Source of the DNA: Tubulanus polymorphus
Lineage: Eukaryota > Animalia > Nemertea
Direction: 5' to 3'
DNA length: 64,000 bases
Assembly (NCBI RefSeq): GCF_964204645.1
Contig: NC_134025.1
Location: 9,424,001 to 9,488,000, forward strand
A program made the position numbers and the translations under genes. The notes below the pieces were generated by a model, which saw only the letters and a list, made by a program, of their open reading frames with translations, did no database searches and had not been told where the DNA came from. This document shows, one piece after another, positions 1-17,154 of this stretch (its first letter is position 1; each line of letters starts with the position of its first letter).

Positions 1-41
1 CTAGTGATTTAATCCATTTTCAGTGATAAAAAAGTAAATAA

Positions 42-466
42 CAGGGTTCTTACGGGTTTTGGAAAATGGGAATTTTCCCCCAGGCCCTTAAAAAGCTATG
101 AAAATTTTGTTTTTTCTCTGGTTATAGAAAAGGTATGGAAAACGGTCCTGAAATATGCTATATGTCTTATTGTCTTATAAACCATTTTCATAACAACAGG
201 AAGTCACTTTCCAGAATACATTTTTCATAGCTTCAAATTTGGCAAAAGAAATATTAATGGAAACACTTTGTCAATGCTATCGATTGGCTCTTATTTACTT
301 TGGATGGGCCTACATTGCCTGTTCTAGGTTGTTGATATCATTGAAGTAAGTTTATAGGTCCATGGCGATATGTAACTTAGGGCTATGGAAAATTTGTAAT
401 CTGGATATGGTTAAAAGGTATGAAGGAGGTGTGGAAAATTTAACTGGCCAACCCGTAACAGCCCTG
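42..466. mobile_element. MITE family A (TIR cagggttcttacgggtt), copy 1
   Basis: Begins cagggttcttacgggtt and ends aacccgtaacagccctg. Flanked by aaataa on both sides (possible TSD). Internal tggaaa repeats; homologous to 17609-17987. Confidence 0.8.
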
Positions 467-560
467 AAATAACTAATCGATTAGATATCACCGTTTGATG
501 TAGGATTTCTTTGCTGGTAAATATACCAGGACTCTAAATCCATGTTACATTTGATTTCAG

Positions 561-3500
561 ACTTGACGATCGCTCAAACGAAATTGTACGAGTTGTCGCA
601 GTTGTTGACTCAGCTGAAAACCCAGCCAGTCGACCTACACAGCGAAGTGAGTTTGAATTTATATACTAGATATCTCGGGGGAAAAAATGGTTCTCTTATT
701 TCTGTTTACTATTTAATAAAGTTATGCTTATCGAACACTGTCCATATCTGTGTGAATTCTATGTATGAAAAAGGCGAGTGTAAGATTTGGTGTTTCTCTT
801 TTTATTGCAAAATTAAATTCAAAACAACATTTAAGTGTTAAATGATTGGAGACGACTTGAAATTTGGGATTTGTTTTGTTGCACCATACTTCATAGAATA
901 GGATTTGCATAGGTATGGAATTATTATGGCTAAATTAGTGGCCGCACAAACAAATGCTTCATTAACGTCTAACATTATCATCATCTTGATATGAATATGA
1001 TACATCTATAAACACGTATATGTTTCTTTCTAACCATTCTAACAAGCAGCATAATGTGGAAACGTCTAGTTCACCGAAACGTGACAAGGGTGGGTTAAAA
1101 ATGGCTTTACGCAGCAGGGGCAAGCGCGACAAATATCGCACTACGAGTCAGAGCAGCTCGAATTCTAGTCAGCCGGACCGTGTTTCCGTAAGTATCTCAA
1201 ACAGTGAGGAGCTACAAGAGTTGCACTTAGAGTCGGTGCATGCAGCGCTTGAATTTGTTATAGTATATGGCTTGGCATGATGTAGATTTTAAACGAAAAT
1301 AGAAAAGGGAGCGAGCACGCTAGAAAAATACGAATCACCCTCTATTCGACAAAATTCTGGTTAACGCAACGAAGGGAAAATTGACTTGCAGATTTATTAT
1401 CTCGTCATCTTCTAAGTAAACGCCAGGATCTCGCGGGGATTACCGGTAGTTTTAATTACGCGGGAAGACGAAGTGATTTCTTTATCGACATTGATCTGTT
1501 TTTCATTAATCAAACACGGTAGAACTCGTGGATTAGAAGCGGTTTGAAAAGCGGCAATAAAACATAATCACGCTTATTATGTAATGAATCGAAACAACTG
1601 ATGTAAAGAATCCTTGCGAAGTATACACGCTACCTACGAACGAAAAGTTACTAGTTGATGCAATTTAAACTTAGGGGTTAACTCTCCAAGAAGAAGTAAA
1701 AGCTGTTTTCTAAACTGGCGCTTAATCACAACTTACGGCTTGTTACGTCGTACCCCAGTTACCATATCAACATCAAAGTGTTTTCTTGAAGTCTCTAACT
1801 GTAATTATTGTTTATCGGTTTCTATAGCAACGTAAATGTTCATTTCACAGCCCGTTGATGCAGCCATTATCAGGCAAAATATCAAAGATCAACAAGCTTT
1901 TCATCTTACTAAAATTACGTCAATTTGAGTTGTTTTTTTTTAATGCGGTTATGAAACACAGTACCTCGCTGAGTGATGAATATACACTACACGAGGGAAT
2001 CCCGAGTACCTGAGGGGACACCTTAAATCCTCCATTGAAATTCAGCCATCGTTTGGACTATCGTCAATCATTTATGAAAACACTTTTGAACATTTCGAGC
2101 ACTTCTTTCTACAATAGACGGTATATTGGTGATAAGGCTTCCTTTTACACTGCTAAAAAGCTGTCATATCCATAGTAATCTTAGTTTTAGAGCTCAGTAT
2201 CAGGTTATTGTGTCCACGCTTCATTATTTGGCATGACTCTCTAAGATGAATGCTAAGCCATTCGTTGATTAAAATCTATCTGTCATGTCGGATGACATTC
2301 AGCCGGCCTGGTTATCTCATCTTTTTTTCGTTATGTTTTAGATATGCTCTCTATTTTTCTGTTTCTTTTGCCGTTTCGTCACAACTATACGTTTTAGCTT
2401 AAAGATAAAAAAGGAAAGGGACACAAACGAAGAAATTCAGGGGTGAAATCAAATAACGGGAATATCTCCCCGACTCGCCTAAATACACATAGGGTGTCAG
2501 TAAGTACCTCAGTATAAAAAATTGTGTCTTCTATGAGCCAAAAAACATTTTTTTGTACATATCATTTGTTATGCATGAAGGGTTCACTTCCATACGCGTG
2601 AGTTGGATTTAAATTTTTTAATCAAAGCGATTGAATCTTATTCGACTGACTTTATAGTTGAATCTAACTCGCAACTGTGGAACTGGGTCCTAGGGGCTTC
2701 CGCGATTGTCGTAGATCTAGTGTAATTGTTATGCGTGGCAGTCACTTGAATTGAATTGATTTATGTGAGACTTACCATTATTTCAGTAACTATAGTAACA
2801 CGCGCTTAACTCGAGGTGCATATGGATATTCTAAAAATATCAAATAAAAAAATTATTCTGTTTGCCGTTTCGTGTTTGTTTTAAACTCATTGCATTTTGT
2901 TTGCGTGCGATTTACAGTTATTACTCTTCATAGTTGAAATAGTGCATCTTAGTCACTGCAATTACACTTAATTCACTTAAACGGTTCCTTTGAATTTTCA
3001 GTTGCCACCCCCATCGACAGTTGTAGGTGCTACGTGTACGTCTGCCATACCGTGCAGTACTTCCAATCCGAATTTGGTCACATTTGAAGATCGTTACCAG
3101 CGACCCGCGAGCATGCCCGAATATACTACTCAATATTCGTATCCATCGTCTGACAATCGATCGCAGGATCAAAATCTAGCGAGAGAACAGTTTTATAACT
3201 CAGCAAAATCAGGTACAATTAACTGAGTGTCAAACTTTTTGAACCTAGAGATTGGTAGATTTGGTCTGGTTCATTTTGATTTGGTGTCTTTACAAACCCA
3301 CCACACCTGCCTGGAACGAAAAAGGGGGTTTGATTCTGAAATCAGAAATCGAAGTACGTATAGAGTTGTGTGATCGGCGGTTGAATTTACAGATTTTTTG
3401 GTTAAAATCAAAGTAGGCCTACATAATACTACGGGTAATTGGAAATTTTGGTTCTGGTTCACGCAGATAATCTTCCTATCAGTCTAAACTGATGAGCTAG

Positions 3501-6500
3501 TGATTGGGGTCAAGGAGTGTCATACTTTTTTAACAGATACAGTTCTCGGTCTACTGGTAATTTTGGTAGGGAACGTTCCATTGCTCAGTTTAGGGGACTT
3601 TCAACAACTGCTACAAAAGATACTTATATCTACCATCTTTATAATGTAGCTATGTACAATTTTATGCTCGTTGTCAGTTATTCATAGTAAAACATGTTTT
3701 TCAGTCCATGATACTCTGAAGTCATTGGTACGCACGTTGAATACCGAACGTGGCAGACTAAAACAAGTACTAGAACAAGAGGGATCTGTTAATATTCCCA
3801 ATAATAACTATATCCACACATTGCGATTATCATTAACTGAAGTAAGTTAGAATTCTACGATGATAGAAATATCAGTTTCGTTCAAAATTATAGTCAAAGT
3901 TAACCAACCGATAAATGCCATGGTATTGATGCAGTTTGAATCGTCCAAAATCGGAACAAGCAGCTCAAACATCTTTTCTACTCATATATCTTATGTATTC
4001 TCACAATGATTTTTCTCATTTAGGCCTTAAGGCAAAATACTGAAATGAGAGGTAAACTTACAAGAATTCACGCCGAAGCTAGTTTGCCAGATGCTCCACA
4101 ACCTGCAAGACCTGGTTCACCTGAACCAGTCACGGTATGTATGCCTGATAAACTAAAGCAAGTCATAAATTGTTGCGATAAAAAGGTGAATGAAGATTGC
4201 AGGTTTTTCCGTAGGTGCGTGGACCAAGTGATAGCACTGATAGTGCTTCAATTTCAGTTTCACAAAAGGTATATGGATATGTATTATCTCCTGGGTCAGG
4301 TGACTTGCATATTTCCGACATATAACAATTGCAGCAAAGATCTTCAGCTTGCCTCCCTTCAAGGGTTATAGTGTTACTTTATACAAAAGCCCTCCAAAGA
4401 TCTTTCTGACTTGGCATTATATTGTTCACATCTATTGTTACTTATTTCGGCATATGAATATATGAATTATTTAGCTAGTATCAAAACGAAAAGCCCTTCC
4501 TGTAATGTTTTAGTTTGAGAGCCAAATCCTATGGTAAACACTAGAATAGATCATGTGTTGCGCCTTTACTTTATAGACCTTGCTTCCTTGTTTTTTCAGA
4601 ACCATCCTTTACTCAGCCATTCATTTTCTGCTGAAAGTACCTCAATGTCTGAATTCTTTGATGCTCCAGAATCGTTTCACTCGGCATCGGGGAGCAGCAG
4701 TCCTTCTTCCTCAGAAGTAAGGGTCGCTATGCTTCGCTTGAGCGCTTGCTACATTATTCATAAACAGACTGATTAGCTTGCTTTCTCGCTAACTGAAAAC
4801 AATAGCGATTGCTTTTAATTTACCTCAGCTCTCATGCGTAGAGTTCTGATGCATGTAAAACTTGTTGAAGGGTGTGAGTTGTTAGATAATATGAATGATG
4901 ATGTATTTAGGAGGAAGCTAGTGAAGAAGAAGAAGATGGTTCGGAAGTCTCGTTGTCTGAAGTTTCCGAAGATTTTGATACAGAATATGCTCCCATTCAA
5001 CGTAAGTCAACACCATACAGATAATGATAGCTGAAATGGCAGGGTTGCGATGAATTGCCATACTCTTTATATTTCAGCAAACGATGAACACATGCAAAAT
5101 GTTTGTCGTACCGGTCGAAGAAGTAAGCTCGCTGCTCCAAAACCAGAAATGGGTGACTTTAGTCTGTGGAATCTGCTGCGTAAGAATATCGGAAAAGATC
5201 TCTCAAAAATCAGCATGCCTGTTACGCTGAATGAACCTATAAATGTGCTACAAGTATGTACATAAATAAATCAAGTGAAATATTCTATAGGCATTGAAAT
5301 TTGGTAAATATTTGCAAACGAATGAAATTTTCATTTTGTTTTTACAGAAATTGTGTGAAGAATTAGAATATAGTGAACTACTTGACAAGGCTGCGGAATG
5401 TAGTGATCCCTTCGAAAGAATGGTAAGGGACATATGCAACTGTTTAAGGAAGGGCTTGATAATTGTCATTTGTATATAAGGGAAGGGGAGTTTGATATTG
5501 CCAGTGAAAAATCCTCTCATTTCTGCGACACCAACTCTGTTGATGATAATTTTCGTGAATTTTCAGATTTACATAGCAGCGTTTAGTGTGAGTGGATATG
5601 CTGCATCTTATTATCGCGCTGGACAAAAACCTTTCAATCCACTACTCGGTGAAACGTATGAGTGTTTAAGAGAAGATAAAGGCTGGCGTTTCATAGCTGA
5701 ACAGGTGAAAGATTTATTGCATTGTTCATCTTCAAAATGATTGCGATATGAAAGGCTTTTCAATTTTCGATGTTTATTATTTCGTTGTAGGTCAGCCATC
5801 ACCCTCCTGTATCGTCTTGTTACACGGAATCGAAGAATTTCCGTTTCTGGCAAGATATGAGGATCAAGAATAAATTTTGGGGCAAATCGATGGAAATTCA
5901 GCCTCTCGGCACATGTCATCTCGTTCTGCCGAAGTGAGTAGATAATGGTTGAATTCTAAATCTAAATGCTCACTGAAATGCCGACATCAGAAAGTTGTGA
6001 AACGTTTTGTTTAATTTATATTCATCTTATAGGTATAAAGATCATTATCGATGGAACAAGATTACAACGTGCGTGCATAATATATTCAGTGGCCAAAGAT
6101 GGGTGGATTTGTATGGTGAAACAGTGATTCACAATGGAGATATTACATGCAGACTTACATTTCATAAGGTCTGTTATACACCATATACTGCGAATCATAA
6201 GAAAGCGTTAGAAACATTGAATGTAATCATCTATGCAATATTTACAGGCAAGCTATTGGTCGTCTAAACGACACGAAGTATTTGGCACTATCTCAAACGC
6301 TGAAGGTAATGTTATACATCATTTGTTTGGAAAGTGGACTGAAGGTTTATATTGTGGCTTAGCTGGAGGCCAGGCCTCATCAGCAAAATGTGTATGGAGA
6401 CCAGGTAAGTTTCATTGCCGTCGTCAAGATATCCAAGCATTATGTCACTTATCCATAAACCCTTTGTCTTATTTTAACTTCCTTAGGGTCATTACCAGAG

Positions 6501-7171
6501 GACCAAGAATTATACTACGGGTTTACTAGATTCGCTATTGAGCTCAATGAGCTTGACTGTGATTTAGCTAAGATTCTTCCTTCCACTGATACGAGATTCA
6601 GACCGGACCAAAGGTGCGTTCAGGCATACCGATATTTCTATTTCGATAGTGCACAAATTGTTTGCTTGTTGCCGGTGTTTGTACAATATAGTGCTTTTCC
6701 GACAGATTATTAGAGGAGGGGAGAGTACAAGATGCTGAAACGGAAAAATCTCGCGTCGAACAGTTACAAAGAGATCAACGCCATCGACGTGACGAAGAGA
6801 AGATCATCTACGAACCTCGTTGGTTCAGGTAATTCGATATATATTGAAGAATTCCCATGATTAGAATTTATCATTTTCAAATTACCAGTACCCTTGAGTC
6901 TTAACTGGAGAATGAATTCTGAATTTATTTGAATTACTTCTCAGGTTTATTTTGTTTGACATTCTGCGTGTCTTGTATCTCGGAACTCATTATTCTATAG
7001 TTCGTCTTATGACTGAACTAATCTGAACTTCAGTTTACAACTAAAATGTTGTGTATCTCTTGTAGGAAAGCTGTGGTTAACGGCCGGGAACAATACGAAT
7101 ATAAAGGGGGATACTGGGAAGCGCGTAGTAAGCCGGGATTCTCCAATATGACATTCCCGAAGTTATGGTGA
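561..7171 (+). CDS. OSBPL6: Oxysterol-binding protein-related protein, ORP3/6/7 subfamily (3' part; 5' exons lie upstream of the window)
   Basis: Phase-consistent GT-AG exons: 561-646, 1047(or 1050)-1187, 3002-3212, 3705-3841, 4024-4134, 4600-4716, 4911-5001, 5078-5253, 5348-5422, 5567-5704, 5791-5933, 6033-6168, 6248-6404, 6487-6613, 6706-6828, 7066-7171 (TGA). The translation contains FFAT motif EFFDAPE, the ORD start [31 protein letters not shown], the OSBP signature EQ|VSHHPP, and [15 protein letters not shown], ending ...FPKLW*. The segment VHDTLKSL...[25 protein letters not shown] resembles vertebrate ORP3/6/7. Confidence 0.93.
3270..3440. repeat. Dispersed repeat fragment shared with about 58044-58200
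   Basis: tacaaacccaccacacctgcc...gtttgattctgaaatcagaaatcgaagtacgtatagagttgtgtgatcggcggttgaat aligns with tacaaacccatcacacctgcc...gtttgatatgaaatcggaaatcaaagtacggataaagttgtgcgatcggcggtcgaat. Confidence 0.75.
4651..4671 (+). other. FFAT motif (EFFDAPE), VAP-binding ER-targeting signal of the OSBP-related protein
   Basis: gaattctttgatgctccagaa = EFFDAPE, matching the FFAT consensus EFFDAxE, with Ser/acidic-rich flanks. Confidence 0.9.
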
Positions 7172-7509
7172 TGAACAGTTCATCAGTCACAGTTCATCGA
7201 TCTATATATGCATTATACAAAGTATACATAAGTGAATGTTTGTATTCAATCAGGGAGTTCACACTTCAAGTTCATTTGCAGTAATCTGTAATAATCCAAT
7301 TGTTGCCAAACATCATCGATCATGCAGCTTTGCGTAATTAAACGAGAATGTGTTGTGTTTGAATGTATGGACAGTAATGACATCTCAGAGTTTGCTGGTA
7401 TTTGGTTTTGTGAATCGACGAGACATCAATAGCAGTTAGTTGTAATCAGAAAGAATACTCGATATCATTAGTATTACCTAGATATGGTTGATTTCTAATT
7501 GAAGCCCAG

Positions 7510-7613
7510 GGCCCAGTCTCACAAAAAGGTTCTCTTAAATCGATTTAATTTCTTCATTAATTCAGTTTATCTTAAATCGATTTAGGCCTTAATCCTTTTT
7601 GTGAAACTGGGCC
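7510..7613. mobile_element. Short hairpin MITE, PIF/Harbinger-like (3-bp cag TSD)
   Basis: cag|ggcccagtctcacaaaaagg...cctttttgtgaaactgggcc|cag; inverted termini of about 20 bp. Confidence 0.75.
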
Positions 7614-8372
7614 CAGGGCCTAGTTACCCAATGGATTTTAATCTAAAGACTGGTCTTGATACACAATAAACTTAGTTTAGTCTTAAGTACATCTTGCCCT
7701 AGGTTTGGGTTTCATCAAGCATTTTAAGCTTTTTCGTTGGGTAACCAGCAATACAGCAATATGAATTTAGAAGTAACCTATTAAAAGCTTCACCAACGAA
7801 AAATGCCATGTTTCATAAGATGGTTGCAAATATCAGTTTAGTTTCTCCTTTTTGATGTATAAGTTGGCAATGTTAAACGGCTAGACAATGTAAATATATG
7901 GGATGGGGTGTGTGTAGAAGTCTGTTCTGACTGCGAAATATTTAACTGTAATCAGTACACGGATCTCAACAGTGTCGGAAATGATGAGTGCTGATGATGT
8001 TTTAATCTTTCACTGATTTTATGAATTGCGTAATATCTCAATACGGAACAATATACACAAATAGAATATAGCTAGTTAAAGGGTTTTCTTTTCTTTTCAC
8101 GAATTGCAGGCAATCTAGACCTATTTAATCGGTTATAGATGGCATATATACTACACTGTAATAGTATGCTGTAGATAGGAAGCTTTCAATCGATGCATAT
8201 AATGTATTTGTTAGATTCATATCCTGAGAATTAGCGTGCTGTAGCTGAGATTTTATTCCTGTTTTATATTGGTGCTAATGGTTATTGTATGGATTGTGTG
8301 TTATGTTATGTTGAATGCGTATGTGTTTTTTCTAGTTGTATTTTAGTCTCTGATGATCCACGATAGTTGTTT

Positions 8373-8666
8373 AGCCGGGTTTACACACGTTAACTTCTTA
8401 AGGTCGCTTCTCATAGCAAGTTCAAATAAATTATACCAAGTTGTCATGTTTAACGTATAACGCTATACCAGAATATAGCATTACACATATTATTGATAGA
8501 ATATTCATTGAAGATGTCAGTTGATGGAGAAGAGTTCAATAATGGATGCTTGGTTTTAGTATTGGGTCGCTTAAAACCTGTATTCCCACATCTCTCAAAT
8601 TATGTGAGTTATCATGATTATTAGTATTAAGCAAAAAGTAACGACTTTGCCTGTGTAAACCAGGTT
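8373..8666. mobile_element. Degenerate MITE
   Basis: Termini gccgggtttacacacg and cctgtgtaaaccaggt are imperfect inverted repeats. Confidence 0.45.
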
Positions 8667-9126
8667 GTTATTTTAGTGGTACACATGTACATGTATATTA
8701 TATCTCGTTCTGATTATACATTCCCTCCTGCATGGAAACTGTTCATTCATTTTTCCAAGCTAATTTAGCGAGTCTTTCCTCGACCTCTGTTCCTTTGTAC
8801 GGAATCCATCCATTTGTTGTTAAGTCATTCTGAAATTGTGTCGTTTTTATTAGATATCTATTGTTAAGCTTGTATCATTCTGCAAAATGTCACTTCGACT
8901 TCTTTCTCTAGAGTTCAGTAAAGTTTACAAAACCCAATTACAGTCGACCGATTTCAGTGAAGTTTACTGAACTTGGTTCTATAGACTTATGTCTCCTGTC
9001 CCCAGGGAACATCTTGTTTGTTTGTTTTCTCCAGGGTCAGGAATACTGGTTCATGAATAAGAAAGCATAAAAAGGGATGTGCAACATTTTCTAAATACAC
9101 TGGGCTAATGTTTGTACTTCAGTCCA

Positions 9127-9270
9127 AGGCCTGTAGCACAGTTCAGGCTTAGACTAAAGACTAGTCTGAAGACCATCTTGGTTTAGTAGCCAATCTAACA
9201 ACTTACAGCCAGCCTTATCATTTAAGATCACTTTCAGGCTCTTTAGACAAAACTGTGAAACTGATCCCAG
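9127..9270. mobile_element. Degenerate inverted copy of the 12097-12234 MITE
   Basis: ggcttagactaaagactagtctgaagacca and aatctaacaactta are reverse complements of blocks in 12097-12234. Confidence 0.6.
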
Positions 9271-10621
9271 TTTCTTGTTTCGAAATGTATGTCTCTGACA
9301 TTTTACGGTAATCTGAATATTCATTCTCCAAAGGCATACAGCTACTTCCTCGATATGATGAATTATTGTGGAATGGAAAGGGCATCGTAATAACTAAGTT
9401 GAGAGGGATGAACACAGAAAATTTTTATCATACTTATGTCTTTATACGGTGTAGGTAGAATATAGTTTGCCACAGATTTAGTAGTTTTTCAGCTCTCATC
9501 TTGAAGATTTTCCTGTAATCTGATATTGTAAAACTGGGAAATTTTTACATCTTCTTTCTTTCAAATTTTCACTATTCTTATATCAATTTTTATCTGCTGA
9601 ACAACTAAAGAACGAGTGTGCCAACTGTACTAAGATGTATAAACGTATGCCATACACAAAAACAAGGCGGTTTTTTAATTCAAGTTCTTATGATCTTTGC
9701 ATCCAGTATAGCAAGAAGTAATGATGAAACAGTTGATTTCATTTCTATTTAACTATATCGCCATTCATGTGCTCTTTGTATGATTATCAGCATAATCTTT
9801 ATGTTCTCCCCCTTTTCTCTCAATTACAAGTGAAGCAAGATTACCGGTATCTGAATTAGATGGATCAGATACAGTGGACTTCATTTTGATGAATATGCCT
9901 TTTTGATGCTATATTTATATCAATCATACACTGATAGAATTATCCTTGAGAAGACCCATGTTTTCTCTTAGAAAGCTAGTTCTCAAAATATATCAAAATA
10001 CCTGCAGAGTCTATCATTAATTTGGGCCTAAAAAGTCAAGAATTGTTGACTTGGATCCAGTGTGATACATTTGTCAAATTTACTACCTGTAGTTGGCTAT
10101 TTACAGGCAAGTTGAATGACGGATTATGTTCTTCTGTCAATTTTGAGAGAAAGACTGCATATTCATGATTAAATAAGTTTTAGCAAGCAACTAAAGATAT
10201 CTTGTTTTTTCATTGTTTTTCTTTTTTGGAGAGTCGAGTGGGGAGGAGGGTATACATCGTATGGATGATGGAAAGTGGATGCTATGGCAAGCCATGACAG
10301 TTCTTCCAAAATTGCCCAAAAATCACTTGGTCAAATCATTTTCATGTCTTGTAAGAATGAAACTTGCTGGAAATTCTGTTTTCTACTCGTTGCAAGAACG
10401 CTTTTATAACTAAAGTTCCATGAGGGCTATAAAAATGTGATACAGTGATAAACATGCTTTATAGAAAAAAAGACTTATTAAAAATATTTAAATTTTTCTA
10501 GCTACTTTATATTTGAAAGCCAGAGAGTAACAGACAAATACCATTCAAACACTATAAGGTACACATGTAATAAATGATTATGTATGAATTAATTCAAATG
10601 GACAATAGATATAAATCTTTC

Positions 10622-16451
<5,830 letters not shown>

Positions 16452-16689
16452 GATGACGATGAAATCTGAATACCAGTGAACTCTACTCTAAGCCTATATT
16501 GAAAAATATATTTTCCTAGAAAGTAATTTCTGAAATTGTTCGACACTTTCGAGTTACTACAATTTCATACCGGGACCGGGACGGGTATTTCAGGAATTCA
16601 AGTCTAAAAAAAGAGTACTTTGGGGCTAAGTTTAGTACAGGCCTAGTCGTAATTAGAATGAGCTAAATATATTTCTTCATCTGAAATAC

Positions 16690-16790
16690 CTCTGAATACA
16701 CAATTACTGAATTAGTGAGACAACAAACAAAATTTCAAAAGCAAATTGCGAAATCTGTCAAATTTTTACTTCCGCGTTGGTGGCAGCACT
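16690..16790 (-). promoter_or_regulatory. Probable non-coding first exon / core promoter of katanin
   Basis: Minus-strand donor gag|gtattt at 16689 could splice to the acceptor caatatag at 16494 ahead of the ATG exon. An ETS-like CGGAAGT (plus-strand acttccg) lies at 16768-16774. Confidence 0.4.
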
Positions 16791-17000
16791 ATCGGTAGAC
16801 TGATTAAGTAAGGCTGGCTCCGAGTATATGCAAATCGACCTAGCTGTTCCTCGTCCTAAAAACGCCGTTGTTGTCATCGGAGTTTGTCCCATTGTCTCGA
16901 AATGTGCACTTACATGCACATTAAATCAAGTGTCCCTTTATCATCACTAGAGTTTGAAGGTTCAAAAATGAAACCAAGGATTCATCCATTATGCAATAAA

Positions 17001-17006
17001 TTTATT
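17001..17006 (-). terminator. Probable polyadenylation signal of FBXO3
   Basis: Plus-strand tttatt (AATAAA on minus) about 150 nt downstream of the FBXO3 stop, within the palindrome aataaatttatt. Confidence 0.55.
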
Positions 17007-17154
17007 TGCAAGTTATATACATTATTCACAGCTATATACACAATAAACATTACAATTAAAATTCATTTTAGAAACACAATTTCATCCCTTAAAAATTTCA
17101 TTCTATAATGAAAAATACATTGTGAAATGGTAAACCGTTCAGATACTGAGATAA

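Noticed and set aside
4829-4874. Possible extra OSBPL6 cassette exon after tacctcag
   Set aside because: It contains an in-frame TGA in the required phase 0 and has a weak donor. It is not needed for the ORF.
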